Shown one piece after another: positions 1 to 12,393 of a stretch of DNA of 64,000 bases. This DNA is from Octopus sinensis (taxonomy: Eukaryota). Position numbers and translations under genes: made by a program. The DNA lies in the NCBI RefSeq assembly GCF_006345805.1, contig NC_043002.1, positions 118,420,001 through 118,484,000 of the forward strand. The letters run 5' to 3'. The notes beneath the pieces are model-generated. The model ran no database searches. It saw only the letters and a list, made by a program, of their open reading frames with translations, and was not told the origin of the DNA. Position 1 is the first letter of the stretch, and every line of letters begins with the position of its first letter.

Positions 1-219
1 TCCTCTTTTCACCAATCCATTAAAAAAAAATTTATACAATATTATTCTGATTATAAACTTTCATGTGGAAAAGGAAAAAGCATTGAATCAGTTGACTGAG
101 TTTACAAATATTCAAAATTGTTGTCTTTTATATATTTTCTATTAACATTTTAAGGTTTTAACTTAAATTTTTTTAATTGTTGATAATTTTTATATGCGTT
201 TTGCTTTTCTTAACCAAAG

Positions 220-296
220 GAAAAGAGACTTGGATCACTCAACAAGTTTCGCAGCAAGTCTAATTCTGTTCTGCTTGCAACTGATGTTGCCAGTAG
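220..296 (+). CDS. DDX47: DEAD-box helicase DDX47/RRP3, internal coding exon (EKRLGSLNKFRSKSNSVLLATDVASR)
   Basis: AG at 218-219 and GT at 297-298. The translation carries the LLATDVASR motif V and matches recalled DDX47 sequence; phase joins the next exon. Confidence 0.9.
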
Positions 297-1768
297 GTAT
301 GTTGCAATCAACTTTTCTTTTTACAGTATAAATATTTTTTCATATACATTTTTCCATGCATTGATTGATTGCTAAAGGTGAAACAAGCAAATGAATATTT
401 TGAAGAATGCCTCTTTAATTATAAATTTATATTTTACTGAAAGTGTTTCATCCTTGAGTTAATTACTCACTCCTAGAACTTTAGTTTGCTTCTACCTGGT
501 AAATCACTCCTAGGCCTTCTATAATTGTCTCGTATCTTATACAGGAGGAAATTTACCTTCAGTTTTTTTTAATGTTACACTAAGTAGAGTTAATCACTGG
601 CTCTCTGAGCCTCCACAGCTCATGGAACGAGCTTTTCTTTCAGTTTTATAGGATTTAGATTCTACAACAAATTCAATCATTTTTATTTAGTTGTTTGTTA
701 GGACAAATGTGTTTTAGAGTCGTTTCAGTTGTGCCCTCCTCAAGTGAACCTGAGATGAAGGTAACTGTACAAATGTTTAAAAGGCTCAACACCCCATATA
801 TGCCAAGCTTCTCTCTTCTTATCTATGTTCTTTTATGCTGTGTACAGTTGTGTAGCACTCCACACATATTCTACCAAGTTTATGCTTCATTTTGTTTTGA
901 TTTCTCCAGAGATTTTGAAAGGAGCAAGTTGAGCTTATCTGATGCTTACTTTGCTGAAGTCAGTTCAGCAATTTGATACATTTTTTTTAAGCTAATTCTT
1001 CAGATAACAAATGTGTTGGCTGCTATTTAAATTTCTGTTGGATTTACTGAAACAACTAATACTGACGTTGTTTTCTTTAATTTGCAACCTTTGAGTAAAA
1101 TCAAGTTTTGCAGTTTAAATTCTCAGCTTTTGCTTATTTTATAAAATATGTATTCTTTTTATAATGAATTTTTACCTGCTAGCATTTAGTGAAATTTAAA
1201 TTCTGTAATGGTTAAAGTTATTAACGTTTTTTAACTCTTTATCATTTAAAGCAACCATATCTAGCCTCTCACACCTACTCTTAATGTCATTCTAAAAATA
1301 AGCAACCTCATTATCGGTTCCTATTAATTTATAGTACTCTCTTAAAAATGTATGAATTACTGCATTTTTAGTGAAAATATATTGTAATTAATTAACTTTT
1401 CTCTTTGTTAGAATTGAATTGGTTGCAGGTGAAAAATAAAATATCCAACTTTCATAATGTAAACTAAATATGTAATGTTTAGTTGAGAAATATGAGTTTC
1501 ACCAAGATGACTTTTTACTATAATGATGATGGTAGATAAAGCACCAGTCTTACTAAATCATCTCGAACTTTTATGTAGCTTCAACTGACAAATTTCTTAC
1601 ACTTGCTTTTTTTGTTTATTTCTTCATCTTCAACTCATTTATATAATTTTAAACCCCTATAATCCAATCCAAATTAGAAATATGAGAACCAATAATGCTA
1701 GATGTAAGTAATTCATTCTTCTTTACATTGTTAATAGAAATAAGCGTGTATTCTTTTGTATTTGCCAG

Positions 1769-1900
1769 AGGTCTTGACATTCCCCATGTGGACATAGTAA
1801 TTAATTTTGATATCCCAATGCGTTCTAAAGATTATATTCACCGTGTTGGACGAACGGCTCGAGCTGGACGATCAGGCAAATCCATAACTTTTGTAACACA
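1769..1900 (+). CDS. DDX47: DDX47 exon ([44 protein letters not shown])
   Basis: Helicase motif [12 protein letters not shown]; acceptor tttgccag at 1767-1768, donor gtgagt at 1901. Confidence 0.95.
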
Positions 1901-2918
1901 GTGAGTATTTCTAATGTATGATTCAATGAATATGAAAATATACTGTAAGAAAGATAATAAAATTTGTATAACAATAATATTAAAATTAGATCATCTAATT
2001 TATATTACTTCTTTTGTTAGACTAGAAGTTCTTTACATACAACAAAACATTAATGATAACTGATTAATGTAAAATATTGACAGTGATGGTCACAACTGTC
2101 AGTCAAATAGATTTGAATATTTTGTAAAATGTAGCTCCCCCACAACAAAAACTTGCTCTACCCCATCCTCTTCCCTCAATCCTTAACCCTCATCTATTAG
2201 TTTGAAGCCTCTCCCCTCAGGTTTTGTAGGCTTGCAAGCTGCATAATCACCTCACTAGTGTTGGTGGCTCAAGAAAGCACCCAATACTCACTGTAAAGTG
2301 GGTGGTATTAGAAAGGGCATCCATAGGAAGCATGCCAAAGCAGACATTGGAGTATGATGCAATCCTTGTACCCATCAGATCCTGCAAAAACCACCCAACC
2401 CATGACTGCTGAAGACATGGACTTTAAATCATGAAGGCGGTGATGATGTTTTAGAAATAAAATCGATCAAAGATGTGGTTTGAGAGAAGCTGGTAGGTGG
2501 AGAGCTGGAGCCTGGTGCATCTCTCTGGCTTACCAGCATGGGAAACAAATGTTTAATGATGATGAGTCTGGACATAAATCTATAGTGATTATTTCGACAG
2601 TGCCATGTAAAAAAAGGAAGTGTATTTCAAGTTTAAAAATCATTAAATAATGAATAAGCCTATTTTTTAATATTTGGTATGCTCAAAGAATTTTATGCTT
2701 TGTATTGTAGAAATATCTTCAAAGTTGTTATTTCCTCAGTTAAAGCAACCCTAAAATCTATGGCAAGTAGCTCCTGACCTGGTATTCTTATTGAATTTAG
2801 TCTGAACTGTAGGAGATTAGAAATCATAATCTGAATTTCTTGCTGGATTTTGTCATAGTTGTCAACCACTATAAAGTTTCATTGATTTGACAGAATTACA
2901 ATTACTTTGTCATTTTAG

Positions 2919-3048
2919 ATATGATGTGGAACTGTACCAGAGAATCGAACATTTGATTGGAAAGAAACTTCCATTATTTAAAGTTGAAGAAGAGGAAGTA
3001 ATGTTATTGACCGAGCGGGTTTCAGAAGCACAACGTTTAGCAAAACTG
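2919..3048 (+). CDS. DDX47: DDX47 exon (YDVELYQRIEHLIGKKLPLFKVEEEEVMLLTERVSEAQRLAKL)
   Basis: DDX47/Rrp3-specific C-terminal segment; acceptor ttttag and donor gtgagt with consistent phase. Confidence 0.93.
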
Positions 3049-3148
3049 GTGAGTATATTTACAATCATTAACACTACTTGGTTCTATAGAACATAATTTG
3101 TAATACTTATAAGTGTAACCAAGAGATTGGATTGAACAAATATACTTT

Positions 3149-3510
3149 ACTAGCACTATGACCCAGCAACGCCAGGTCATAGTGCTACTGCATGCATATA
3201 CAGCTGCGTGCGTTCACACATACACGCGAGTACTGTCCAAATCTCCGACCAATCACATACAGCTAGCTAGCATTCAATTGGCGTATCAAGTTTCACGCAT
3301 TTTGATTGGGTTTTGGATAGAAAATTCACAAAAAAGTGACTTCTATTGATTTTTTAATAGCTTTGCGGGGTGACTGGGGAAATGTAAAGATGTGCACGAC
3401 CACCCTTGGACGGTTTTGAATGACCATAGAAAGTGTGAGCCCTCTAACTGAAAAATTGTGGATTTGTATAAAGGATACACACATATATATATGCTTTATT
3501 TTTTTATACC
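3149..3510 (+). mobile_element. Helentron-associated (HINE/DINE-1-like) non-autonomous element in the last DDX47 intron
   Basis: Starts ACTAG after a T-run, with a perfect 13-bp hairpin (3151-3163/3175-3187); short microsatellite near the 3' end; related terminus at 62987. Confidence 0.5.
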
Positions 3511-3895
3511 AACTTAGGATGTATATTCTGTGTAATTCAGCAGTTAGATATTTTTTTAACAGATTAAAATAAGTGGTAAACGTAAGTATATAGTTTGGAG
3601 GTGTACTTGTTTAGCAAAGACTTGATTTGAGATGTTAAAGAAGCATTTTATTTACATAAAAATAAACAAAAACTATTAAATTCAATTTTCATCTATTTCT
3701 TGAATATCAAAATTTTCATCACCTCACTGCAAATTGGTTCCTGACACAATTCTTTTAACATACAAAGAAATAAGTTTAAAAAATTTAATGGCTAAAATAG
3801 GTCTTCCGTGATGTAATTTCATAATTACGTGGGGTTTTATTTTATATGGTCATATATTATAGAGACAAAAATAATTTTTTCCCAACTTATTCCAG

Positions 3896-4000
3896 GAACT
3901 ATCAGAAAGTTTTAATAAGAAACGAAAACATAAAGATGATGAAGAAGCAGAAGCATATTCTGGACCAAAAACGAAGTTTAAGAAGAAGAAAAAACATTAA
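3896..4000 (+). CDS. DDX47: DDX47 terminal exon (ELSESFNKKRKHKDDEEAEAYSGPKTKFKKKKKH*)
   Basis: Acceptor tccag at 3894-3895, 35 codons ending TAA, basic tail typical of nucleolar helicases; AATAAA at 4009-4014. Confidence 0.85.
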   Translation, partial: ELSESFNKKRKHKDDEEAEAYSGPKTKFKKKKKH

Positions 4001-4219
4001 ATGTTGAAAATAAAAACTGAATGTTTTGTATCATCATTCTTGATTTTTCATTTCTTTCCATTTTAAGTACAAACATTTATGACACAAATTCAATGTAAGT
4101 AAGCTAACTCTTGGGACTCAATGTTGTCAAAGGAAATAAGTAATCTGTAGCAACCTGATCAAAAGATACATTGTACTATGCATGGCTAATAAACATATGG
4201 TTACACTAACACTGCCATA

Positions 4220-4739
4220 CGAGGGAGGTTCAATAAGTAATGTCCCTGACCCACTTGCAGTTGTTTGATCTAGCTGAAATTTTGCATGTGCAATTATTTA
4301 TATCTCTAGATTAAGTGGCAAATTACAGCTCTGAACTAATTGTGGTTTCTGATTTACAGGTGTTTGAACTGAGTCAAGTGTGAAATGGAGCCTGTTGAGT
4401 GTCGTGCAGTGATCTGGTTTTTGTATTTGAAAGGACGCACGCCACAGGAGACTTTTGATGAAATGAAAGTAACTTATGGTGATGATGCCCCATCATATGA
4501 CCTTGTAAAATGCTGGCGTTTCCCAGATGATGCAGCCTTGATTTCTAAAGTCACATCGTGGTTGGAGGACCAAGCTGGGGTCTTCTACAAAAACGGTCTC
4601 CAGAGCTGCATCAAACGATGGGAGAAATGCGTAACTCTGGATGGTTCCTATGTAGAAAAAGACTAATGACTGTGCCAAGTTTCATTGCTCTACTGCTATG
4701 GGAAGTGGGTCAGGGGCATTACTTATTGAACGCCCCTCG
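4220..4739 (+). mobile_element. Internally deleted mariner element (520 bp) with TIRs and TA duplication
   Basis: TIR cgagggaggttcaataagtaatgtccctgacccactt matched by its inverse ending at 4739; TA on both sides; ORF 4385-4666 joins transposase N- and C-termini. Confidence 0.9.
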
Positions 4740-5689
4740 TACCTCACATTCATTGACCAGTTGAAGGCTTTCCTTTGACACCCTAGTTTGATGTAGATGA
4801 ATTATGCTAGTTATTCCAGCAATGTAGAGAGAAAATAAAACAAACATTGAATTTAGACAAGAATGTAGCATGACTGCAATTGTGTATCACTAAGGTATTA
4901 GCAGTGAGTTCAGACAATTTAGTCTGCTTGTAAATGTGTATCAGTTCAATGTGCCATAACGGGTTTGAGATCAGCTGTCCATGAGGACATCACCATTTAA
5001 TGTCTGGTCCCCATTCTGTGACATGGAGCTGTCCAGACCCCCAACTGTCTGTTGTGGCATGGTTTCTACAGCTGGATGCCCTTCCTAATGCCAACCACTT
5101 AACAATGTGAGCTTTTTACATGTCACTGTTACAGGTACTCTTATGTAACACTGGCATGGGTGCTTCTAAAGTGGCACCAGCCAATGATCTAGTTCTCATC
5201 TGTCGAAAATTTGGAGAGGAAATGTGGAAGCAAAGTCTCAAATCTAGAAGCTATTAAGTAAATCTAGCAATAATGAAAGTTTTAGTTTGCACAAAAGATG
5301 GGATTCTTCTGCCAATTGGGAGGTGGCCACCTCTGATGATGAATAGAAAAAAAGTATGCAGAAACTTTTGTATTAAATGTAAAGTATAGGTGCATAAATT
5401 GTGGTATTACAAGCGAACTGACAGAGAGAGACTTTCTAGGTGGTCTACTTAGTAGTGGAAGTAGTTGTTCTGAAAGTATAAGAACAGAGTGGCAACAAAA
5501 AAATTCTGTCTTCAAGTTTAGGACAGATTGCATGACACTTATGTACTAAATGTGACATTGCATGATAGCAAAACAGGTATTGATTATGGAGGATATGGAA
5601 AGAATGGAGATCAAAATGCTCTGCTGGATGCATAATGTTAGTGTGCATGAATGAGCTGTCTACAATCTGCCTTTTTCACTTTGAGAGAA

Positions 5690-6600
5690 AGGCCTTTTGT
5701 TACCAACAGAGGTAATAGCTCTCTAAGCTTCTTCCAGCTGGTTCTTATTCAAGAGCTTTTAGAGCATCCTCCTCCTCCTCCACCGCCAATTGGGTTACAC
5801 AGGAAATAGCAGCTATCTGCTACTTGTTGTGATCCTTCTAGGCATTTGAGAAAATCTATTTCCCATGTGTGCACAATGTCTCATTTCTCTCTGATCTACT
5901 TCATGCCTCGGGTCCTCACTCAGTAGAACATTGGTAACCCTCTTACATTTTACTTCTCTTCCTAACCTGTTGTGTCTCTTCTAATGACTTGATTCTCTGT
6001 TGCCTCCATTCATCTAATCTTTTGCAAGCCTTTCTCTTTGCTTTTATGGCTGTCAACCTCACTGTTCCACCACTACATCATCCTCGGTCTTCAAGAAACT
6101 TCACACCATCCACAGACATGATCTGTAGCCCTCAGTAGATTGTTCCATAGAAACATCCAGTTGTCTTCTATGTTATACAGGATTTGGCTATCTGCAGAAA
6201 GCCTTTGACAAAGTTTTTTGCACTGCCATCTGGTGGTTAATAAGGAAATTGATGGTTTGTGAGGGCTGTACAAGCTATGCATGAAGGAGCATTCAGCAAA
6301 GGTGAGAATCAACAGTGAGTTCAATGATAAATTTAGTGTGAAGGTAGGGGTACATCAAGGCTCAGTCTCCAGCTCTCTCCAATTTATGATAGTTCTTGAA
6401 GTCCTAACAAGAATTTAAGACTTGCTACCCTTGGGAACTCATGTATGCTGACAACTTAGCTCTTGTAGCTGAATTAGTAGAATTGAAGTTGATACTCCAG
6501 AAACGGAAGCACAATTTGGAATTTGAAGGCTTTATGGTAGACTTTGCAAAAACAACTTTTAATAAGTAGAAAGGACAGAGATATTAGAAAAATTAAGTGC
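5690..6600. mobile_element. Decayed, rearranged RTE LINE fragments (minus-strand linker/RT C-terminus next to a plus-strand RT core)
   Basis: Minus strand resembles ...WNNLLRATDHVCGWCEV and KLRELLPLLVTKGLSL; plus strand 6255-6600 resembles the GVHQGS...PWELMYADNLAL region of the better-preserved RTE copies in this window. Confidence 0.65.
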
Positions 6601-6603
6601 AGA

Positions 6604-6920
6604 TGTGGCCGTGTGGTAAGAAACTTGCTGTCTAACCACATGGTTCTGGATTCAGTCCCACTGTGTGGCACCTTGGGCTAACCAAAGCCTTTTGAGTAGA
6701 TTTGGTAGACGGAAACTTGAAGAAGCCTGTTGTATTTATATGTGTGTGTCTTTGTGCCTGTCCCCCATCACTGCTTGACAACTGATGTTGGTGTGTTCAT
6801 GTCCCTGTAACTTAGTGGTTCAGCAAAATAGACTAATATATTAAGTACTAGGATCAATTCATTTGACCAAAAATTCTTCAAGGTGTTGCCACAGCATGGC
6901 CACAGTCTGATAAAAGATAA
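6604..6920 (+). mobile_element. tRNA-derived octopus SINE (family A)
   Basis: Head gtggccgtgtggtaag...ggattcagtcccactg, central (TG)n, tail ...cagcatggccacagtc; many copies in the window. Confidence 0.75.
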
Positions 6921-8859
6921 ATGTGTAACTATAATGCATTACAAAAAATATTTTTCACATAATAAACAACAAAATTAAATTAGAGTTTACAAATTATTTC
7001 ACAATTTTAATGAGACAATTTATTGACACATATCAAAGCGATTATTAGAAAAATAAATAACATTGACATTTTACATAGATAGGTGAGGAGTATTTACTGA
7101 ATCACAATAGTTTCAAATAGCAATTCTGACATCTGTGAATATAAGAACAATGCCTGATTTAAGTAGACAAAAATATCAAAACAAAGGTAGCACCAACTAG
7201 CAGTGTGATTCTTTTCAGTATATATTAATAACAAAATTACATTGAAAATAAAGATAAAGTTTTAATGAAATAACAATAATGATGAGGAGTTACTTTTAGA
7301 AAATGAAATTAAAAACCATGATACATGCATGAGTGTTTAAATAACTCAATGAAGCTCAGATAACCTATAAATAAACCAGAGCCATTCTCAGGATGATCCA
7401 AGCTTACAAGTTTTATTTCTAAGCTACTAAGGAGAAAATTAAGTGTAAATTTTAACACAAAGCATTCTTATTTTATTATTTAACATTTTCTCAATTGACA
7501 ACTGCTTTACCTATAGCATTTGCTGCTATAGAAGAAATTACTCTTATCTCCAAAATAAAAATGAGGTTCTATTGAAACAAGTGAAAAGAACATTTCCATA
7601 CCAAAGCTCAACCACAATTGAACAATATCTGAAGTTACTAATTCAGGTAATTGTCTTGATTCATCTGAACTTTCTGTATCCTATTTATAAATCATATTCA
7701 TCATAATTACTTTGAAAGCTTTAGGTTCCATTGCTACACTTTTCTGTACCTCTAGCATTATATAAAATGTGCCTGAACTAGAGATCCTTGGGATGGGAAA
7801 CAACTGAAACGGTAAATATTTATTCACTTCCTTCATTGATCAGGTTAAAATATTTTTAGATATAGCTTAATGATTCTATAAAGATTAAAGGTAAAGTTAA
7901 CTCTAAGAACAAAAAGTCACAAAGCTAAATACTCTGTTATAGCAAGATCCACAGCACTTCATAAGAAATCATTTCTAATGATAGGATAATGAGAGTTTTC
8001 TATCATAAAGCACAAGAACTGAAACTTTGAGAGGAAGGTTCAATCAACTGCACAGAACCCAACACTTGACTGATGCAGGGTTCTACCACAGCACTTTCTC
8101 TTCACTGTTCTACCAATTTTGTCAATCCAATGCCCTAATAATAATAATAATTTGAAAAGAAACTCATTTATTTAGAAGTGATACATCTATTTTGAATACA
8201 TAATTCAGTGCTCAGAGTATAGTCTAAAATATATCAGAAACACATACATATGAAATACAGATATTTCATCGAATTCACATTTAAATCATTGTATACTCGA
8301 AAGGAATTCTGACGTTGAAGAAGTTTGTGCAATGTCTGTCTGATTTGCCCTATATTCACTACATAAAGTTTTCAAGTAGTACCTCTATAATGTGATGCAT
8401 AAAAAGACTCCTGTATATGTATGCACGCACACAGACACACCATCATCCTTATTTTTCATGGCCATTCTTCACTGGTGAAATGTGCTTTGTACACACAGTC
8501 AATTAAATATTTTATTTAAAAAGTATGCAGGTACCTTCATTACATTGTGATTTCCCCCACTACTGAAGAATGTTTAGAATGGTTGGCAATGTTCTTTAGA
8601 TTGTTTTAGCCATCACAGGTAAAACAATGCTGGAATATTACCTTCATGTGTGTAAATCTTCAACATTTCAATACCAGAATGCAGGGTCTAAATACTGTAT
8701 TTGCTTAGGTGTGTTAATATAATCAAAAACTGCATAATCTGGCAGAAAAACAATTCCATTTAATTATAATTACCAGAAATTGAGGGGACTATCAGTGATG
8801 AAGTACACCACAGCTAGAGGGAACAAAGTAAACATGAAAAAAGAGGTATACTAAGTATG

Positions 8860-9062
8860 TGGCTTAGTGGTTGGGGTGTTGCACTCGTGATCATGAGATT
8901 GTGGTTTCAATTCCTGCAATGTGTTCTTAAGCAAAACACTTCATTTCACATAGCACCAGTCCACTCAGCTGGCAAAATTGAGTAATCTTGTGACAGACTG
9001 GTGTCCAGTAGGGAAATATGCCATAGAAACTAGCTTAATGAACCTATGGCTTGAGATGGACC
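8860..9062 (+). mobile_element. tRNA-headed SINE (family C, CORE/Meta-like body)
   Basis: A-box-like gtggcttagtggttgg and B-box-like ggtttcaattcc; body ccagtccactcagctggcaaaa-tgagta shared with 23605-23920. Confidence 0.55.
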
Positions 9063-11400
9063 ATTGATCCTTCATTTTTTAAAAATTTTTTATACAAAGT
9101 GACTATGAGGAGAGCAAGGGCTAAGTTTGAGTGGTTAGAAAATAAACCAGTACACAAGCAGCAAAAAAAGAAAGTATTCTATTTGTGGCCACCTTCAAAC
9201 TCATTTTAAATTTGTATTCATTTCATTATTTGACTTTACGTTTATTTATGGATGATAATAGTGAGTCTCAAAGCAACACTAGCTTGTCTCCAGCTACAAG
9301 CACTGTCATTTCAAAAAGTCTGAAACAAGCAAGTGAGGGACACACAAGAAGTTTGCACTTGAAACTTATACACATGTACTGTCTGCTACTGAATGAGATA
9401 TGAAATCTATTATTGCTACACATGGGGTTAAGAAAACAACAGCATATAATTGGCTTTGCAGTGATTGTGCATCACATTTGTCCATAACAAAGAATACAGA
9501 ACATGAATATAGTGAGTCACTGGTTAAACAAATGGTCACAATGTTGAAGAATCTTTGTGAAAATTTACATTCACCATAAGGATTGATAAAAGAAATTATT
9601 TTACTGATGTAAATGCATTTCACAGTCAGAGTAACTGTTTTGTATTTCCAAAACAGTTGGTTTCCATACACTTATGAAAAACGTTTTGATACTTGCCCAA
9701 AAGTGCTGCCAGAGAAAATTAAATTCTAATCTACAACTCATTAAATTAATGTATCAGAAGTATTGTTTAATGGCATAACTTAATCAGAAAAAAGACTAAT
9801 TTGCTTCAAGGTTAGTTTAATTTGTTTCACGATTATTTTAATTTGATCCAAAATTATTCTAATTTGTACTTGAAAAGGCATAGTTTTGTTTCACTCTTCA
9901 GCAATACTGCACTCACAGAAATATAGACAACTATCACAAGCCAAAAAGCAGCATACAAATATTGGTAAACCGCATAGAATATTACTCTTGGCATGAGAAA
10001 GTAAAAATAAATATTATTTTTCTTCAGAGTTTAGAAATTTGTATGAGAAAAGTATTTGGTCAATTATTTATGCAAATGTTTAAATTTATAAAACCTAAAT
10101 TTTGCTAGCATAGAAAAAATGCATGTAAAAAATATTTGATTTTGAAAAAATGCTGACGTAACACAGAAAAAAAACTTCAATATTTTGTTACTATTAATAC
10201 AGTTTACATAGTAACTTATGGTGAGTAAAATATTATTATTTTAAATCTTGTATACAAAGTAATTAAATATGAAAAAAACTGTTTTGTGGTTATTATGTAA
10301 TTTATTCATAAGCAGTTATTACAACAGAAATGAAAGTTTTTCACGTTCATCATAACTTTCTATTCAGTTTTTAAATTAACAGATAGTATTTTTTTTATTT
10401 ATTACTTATTCACATTTACAGAAATATTTCAAATACTTCTGCTTGCTTTCTTTATTCCTAATTCAAGAATGAAAAAAATGCTTCATTTTTTAAGTAAACA
10501 GAAAATATAGATTAACACAAAAAAGTAAATTTTTATATCTAACTTTGCAATTTTCCATCAAGTTCTGTTGAGATTAATCAAGTTCTATTTTCTTTTACTT
10601 CTATTATTATGAGTGGGGACATACTATACTAAAAGTAACAAAAAGATATGAAAACAAACCTATTATTTAAAATAGTAGGTTATACTTTATGAAATTATGA
10701 AATATCTCAAGAAAAATGGTGCAATATTTTGAAATTATTAGAAAAACATCAGTAATAAAATTCCAGTTAAATAAAATGTTCACAATGGAGAAATAGAATA
10801 CATTTTTGTTTGCTGCCTTCATTATTCTTGTTAACAAGAATAATGAAAATAGCAAGCAAAAATATTTTTTATGTTCTAGAACAACACCTTTTTTGTTACC
10901 AAAATCTTTAAAAGCAATATCAATGGCTTTAAGGCATAGATTTGCATTCAAGTTTGCTAAATAATGGTGTATTCTGCAAACATATCATATATGTTTTATC
11001 AAGTAGCTTCCAATAATTCAAAACATTAAATAGTACACAGGAAAAGAAAAAGTTCTTCTTTCAGAAAATAAGAACCGTACCAGAGCAAGTTACTAAGCAT
11101 TTTTATAACAATTCAAAAACTTAATGACTTTTAAACATAAAATGTTATTTCCAATGCAAGATTCAGTATGATTTAAATGATATTGATGATGTTAAACAAT
11201 CTGTTGGAATTGTATTTGAAGGAACTCAGAATTACCCTAAGGAGAGAGAGATTTCATTTCCTTTTTGACATGCACATAGACAAACATATTAGTCACAAAT
11301 AGTTAAGATAAAAAAAAAAACCAGATTGCTTAAAAGTATATTAATAGTTAGAAAACTATTAAAATTCCTCATACAGTTGATAAAAAGAGAAACAATATAT

Positions 11401-12393
11401 TTAAAATATCTGGCCATTGGTCTGCACACATAAATGCTGAGATAAATGGTTTGAACAGGAAAATGTTTTGCCACAGTGCTGGCAACCGGCTTTCTCTTCC
11501 GCATGTACCCGAGAATGTTCCCGAAGTCCACGAGAACGAGTGAAACACTTGCCACAGCATTCACATTTGTATGGTTTCTCAGCCGTGTGTATTCTAATAT
11601 GTTCTTTGAGGCTGCTAGATCTGAGAAATGCCTTCTGGCAATGCTGACACTTGAAAAGTTTTTCGTCTGTATGAATGCGAGTATGTCGTGTTAAATCCCA
11701 AGAGTTCAAAAAGGCTTTATTGCAATGTATACATGCATAAGGTTTGATTCCAGCATGCATACGCAAGTGAGACGCGAGCCGACTGGGCCGTGTGAAAGAT
11801 TTAACACAATAGACACACTTGAATGTTTTTACTGTTGTGTGAATTTTTAAATGTTCTTTTAAACTACTTAGTCGTGTAAAAGCTTTAGTACAAAAAGTAC
11901 AGATATGTTTTTTTTCACCGGTGTGAATTTTTACATGCCGTGAAAGTTCCCAGGAATTAAAAAATGCTTTCACACAGTGATCACATTTAAAAGTTTTGAT
12001 GCCAGAGTGTATTTTCAGATGTGCATTTAAATGGCTTGTGCGTGAGAAAGCTTTTGTGCAAAGTTCACAGGAATATGGCTTCTCTTTTGTGTGCACAGCC
12101 ATATGTTCTGTGAGACTGGTTGACCGTAAAAAAGATTTTTCACAAAGTTCACAACGAAATTTTCTCTCTCCTGTGTGTATTTTCATGTGTCGGGTAAGAT
12201 CCCAAGAGTTGTAGAATGCTTTCTCACACAGAGTACATTTGTGAGATTTTTCTCCAGAGTGAGTTTTCACATGCCGTAGTAAATGCGCTGAACAAGAGTA
12301 AGACTTCTCACAGAAGTTGCACTTGAATGGCTTTTCTATTTGATGCATGTCTGAATTTTTCATATGATCAACCCTACCAATGTATTTATTCAT
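11401..12393 (-). CDS. Tandem C2H2 zinc-finger protein, 330 aa, 10 canonical fingers plus 1 atypical terminal finger
   Basis: Intact ORF with C-x2-C-x12-H-x3-H repeats every 28 aa and TGEK-type linkers; in-frame stop 27 nt upstream of the ATG; candidate upstream acceptor tttttcag at 12589-12590. Confidence 0.95.
   Translation of the reverse strand: MNKYIGRVDHMKNSDMHQIEKPFKCNFCEKSYSCSAHLLRHVKTHSGEKSHKCTLCEKAFYNSWDLTRHMKIHTGERKFRCELCEKSFLRSTSLTEHMAVHTKEKPYSCELCTKAFSRTSHLNAHLKIHSGIKTFKCDHCVKAFFNSWELSRHVKIHTGEKKHICTFCTKAFTRLSSLKEHLKIHTTVKTFKCVYCVKSFTRPSRLASHLRMHAGIKPYACIHCNKAFLNSWDLTRHTRIHTDEKLFKCQHCQKAFLRSSSLKEHIRIHTAEKPYKCECCGKCFTRSRGLREHSRVHAEEKAGCQHCGKTFSCSNHLSQHLCVQTNGQIF

Noticed and set aside
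6604-6680. tRNA-like heads
   Set aside because: A/B boxes belong to SINEs; no complete cloverleaf, so no tRNA gene is called.
7532-7680. Exon-like segments on both strands (+7532-7646 RNYSYLQ...LLIQ; -7680-7602 DTESSDE...LWLSF)
   Set aside because: Both have plausible splice sites, but I recognise no homology and cannot link either to a gene; chance cannot be excluded.
9250-9590. Cys-containing frames resembling a PHD remnant (NWLCSDC)
   Set aside because: Broken by stops and the Cys/His spacing is incomplete.
10667-10951. 94-aa ORF downstream of the ZNF
   Set aside because: AT-rich low-complexity frame, probably 3'UTR or intergenic.
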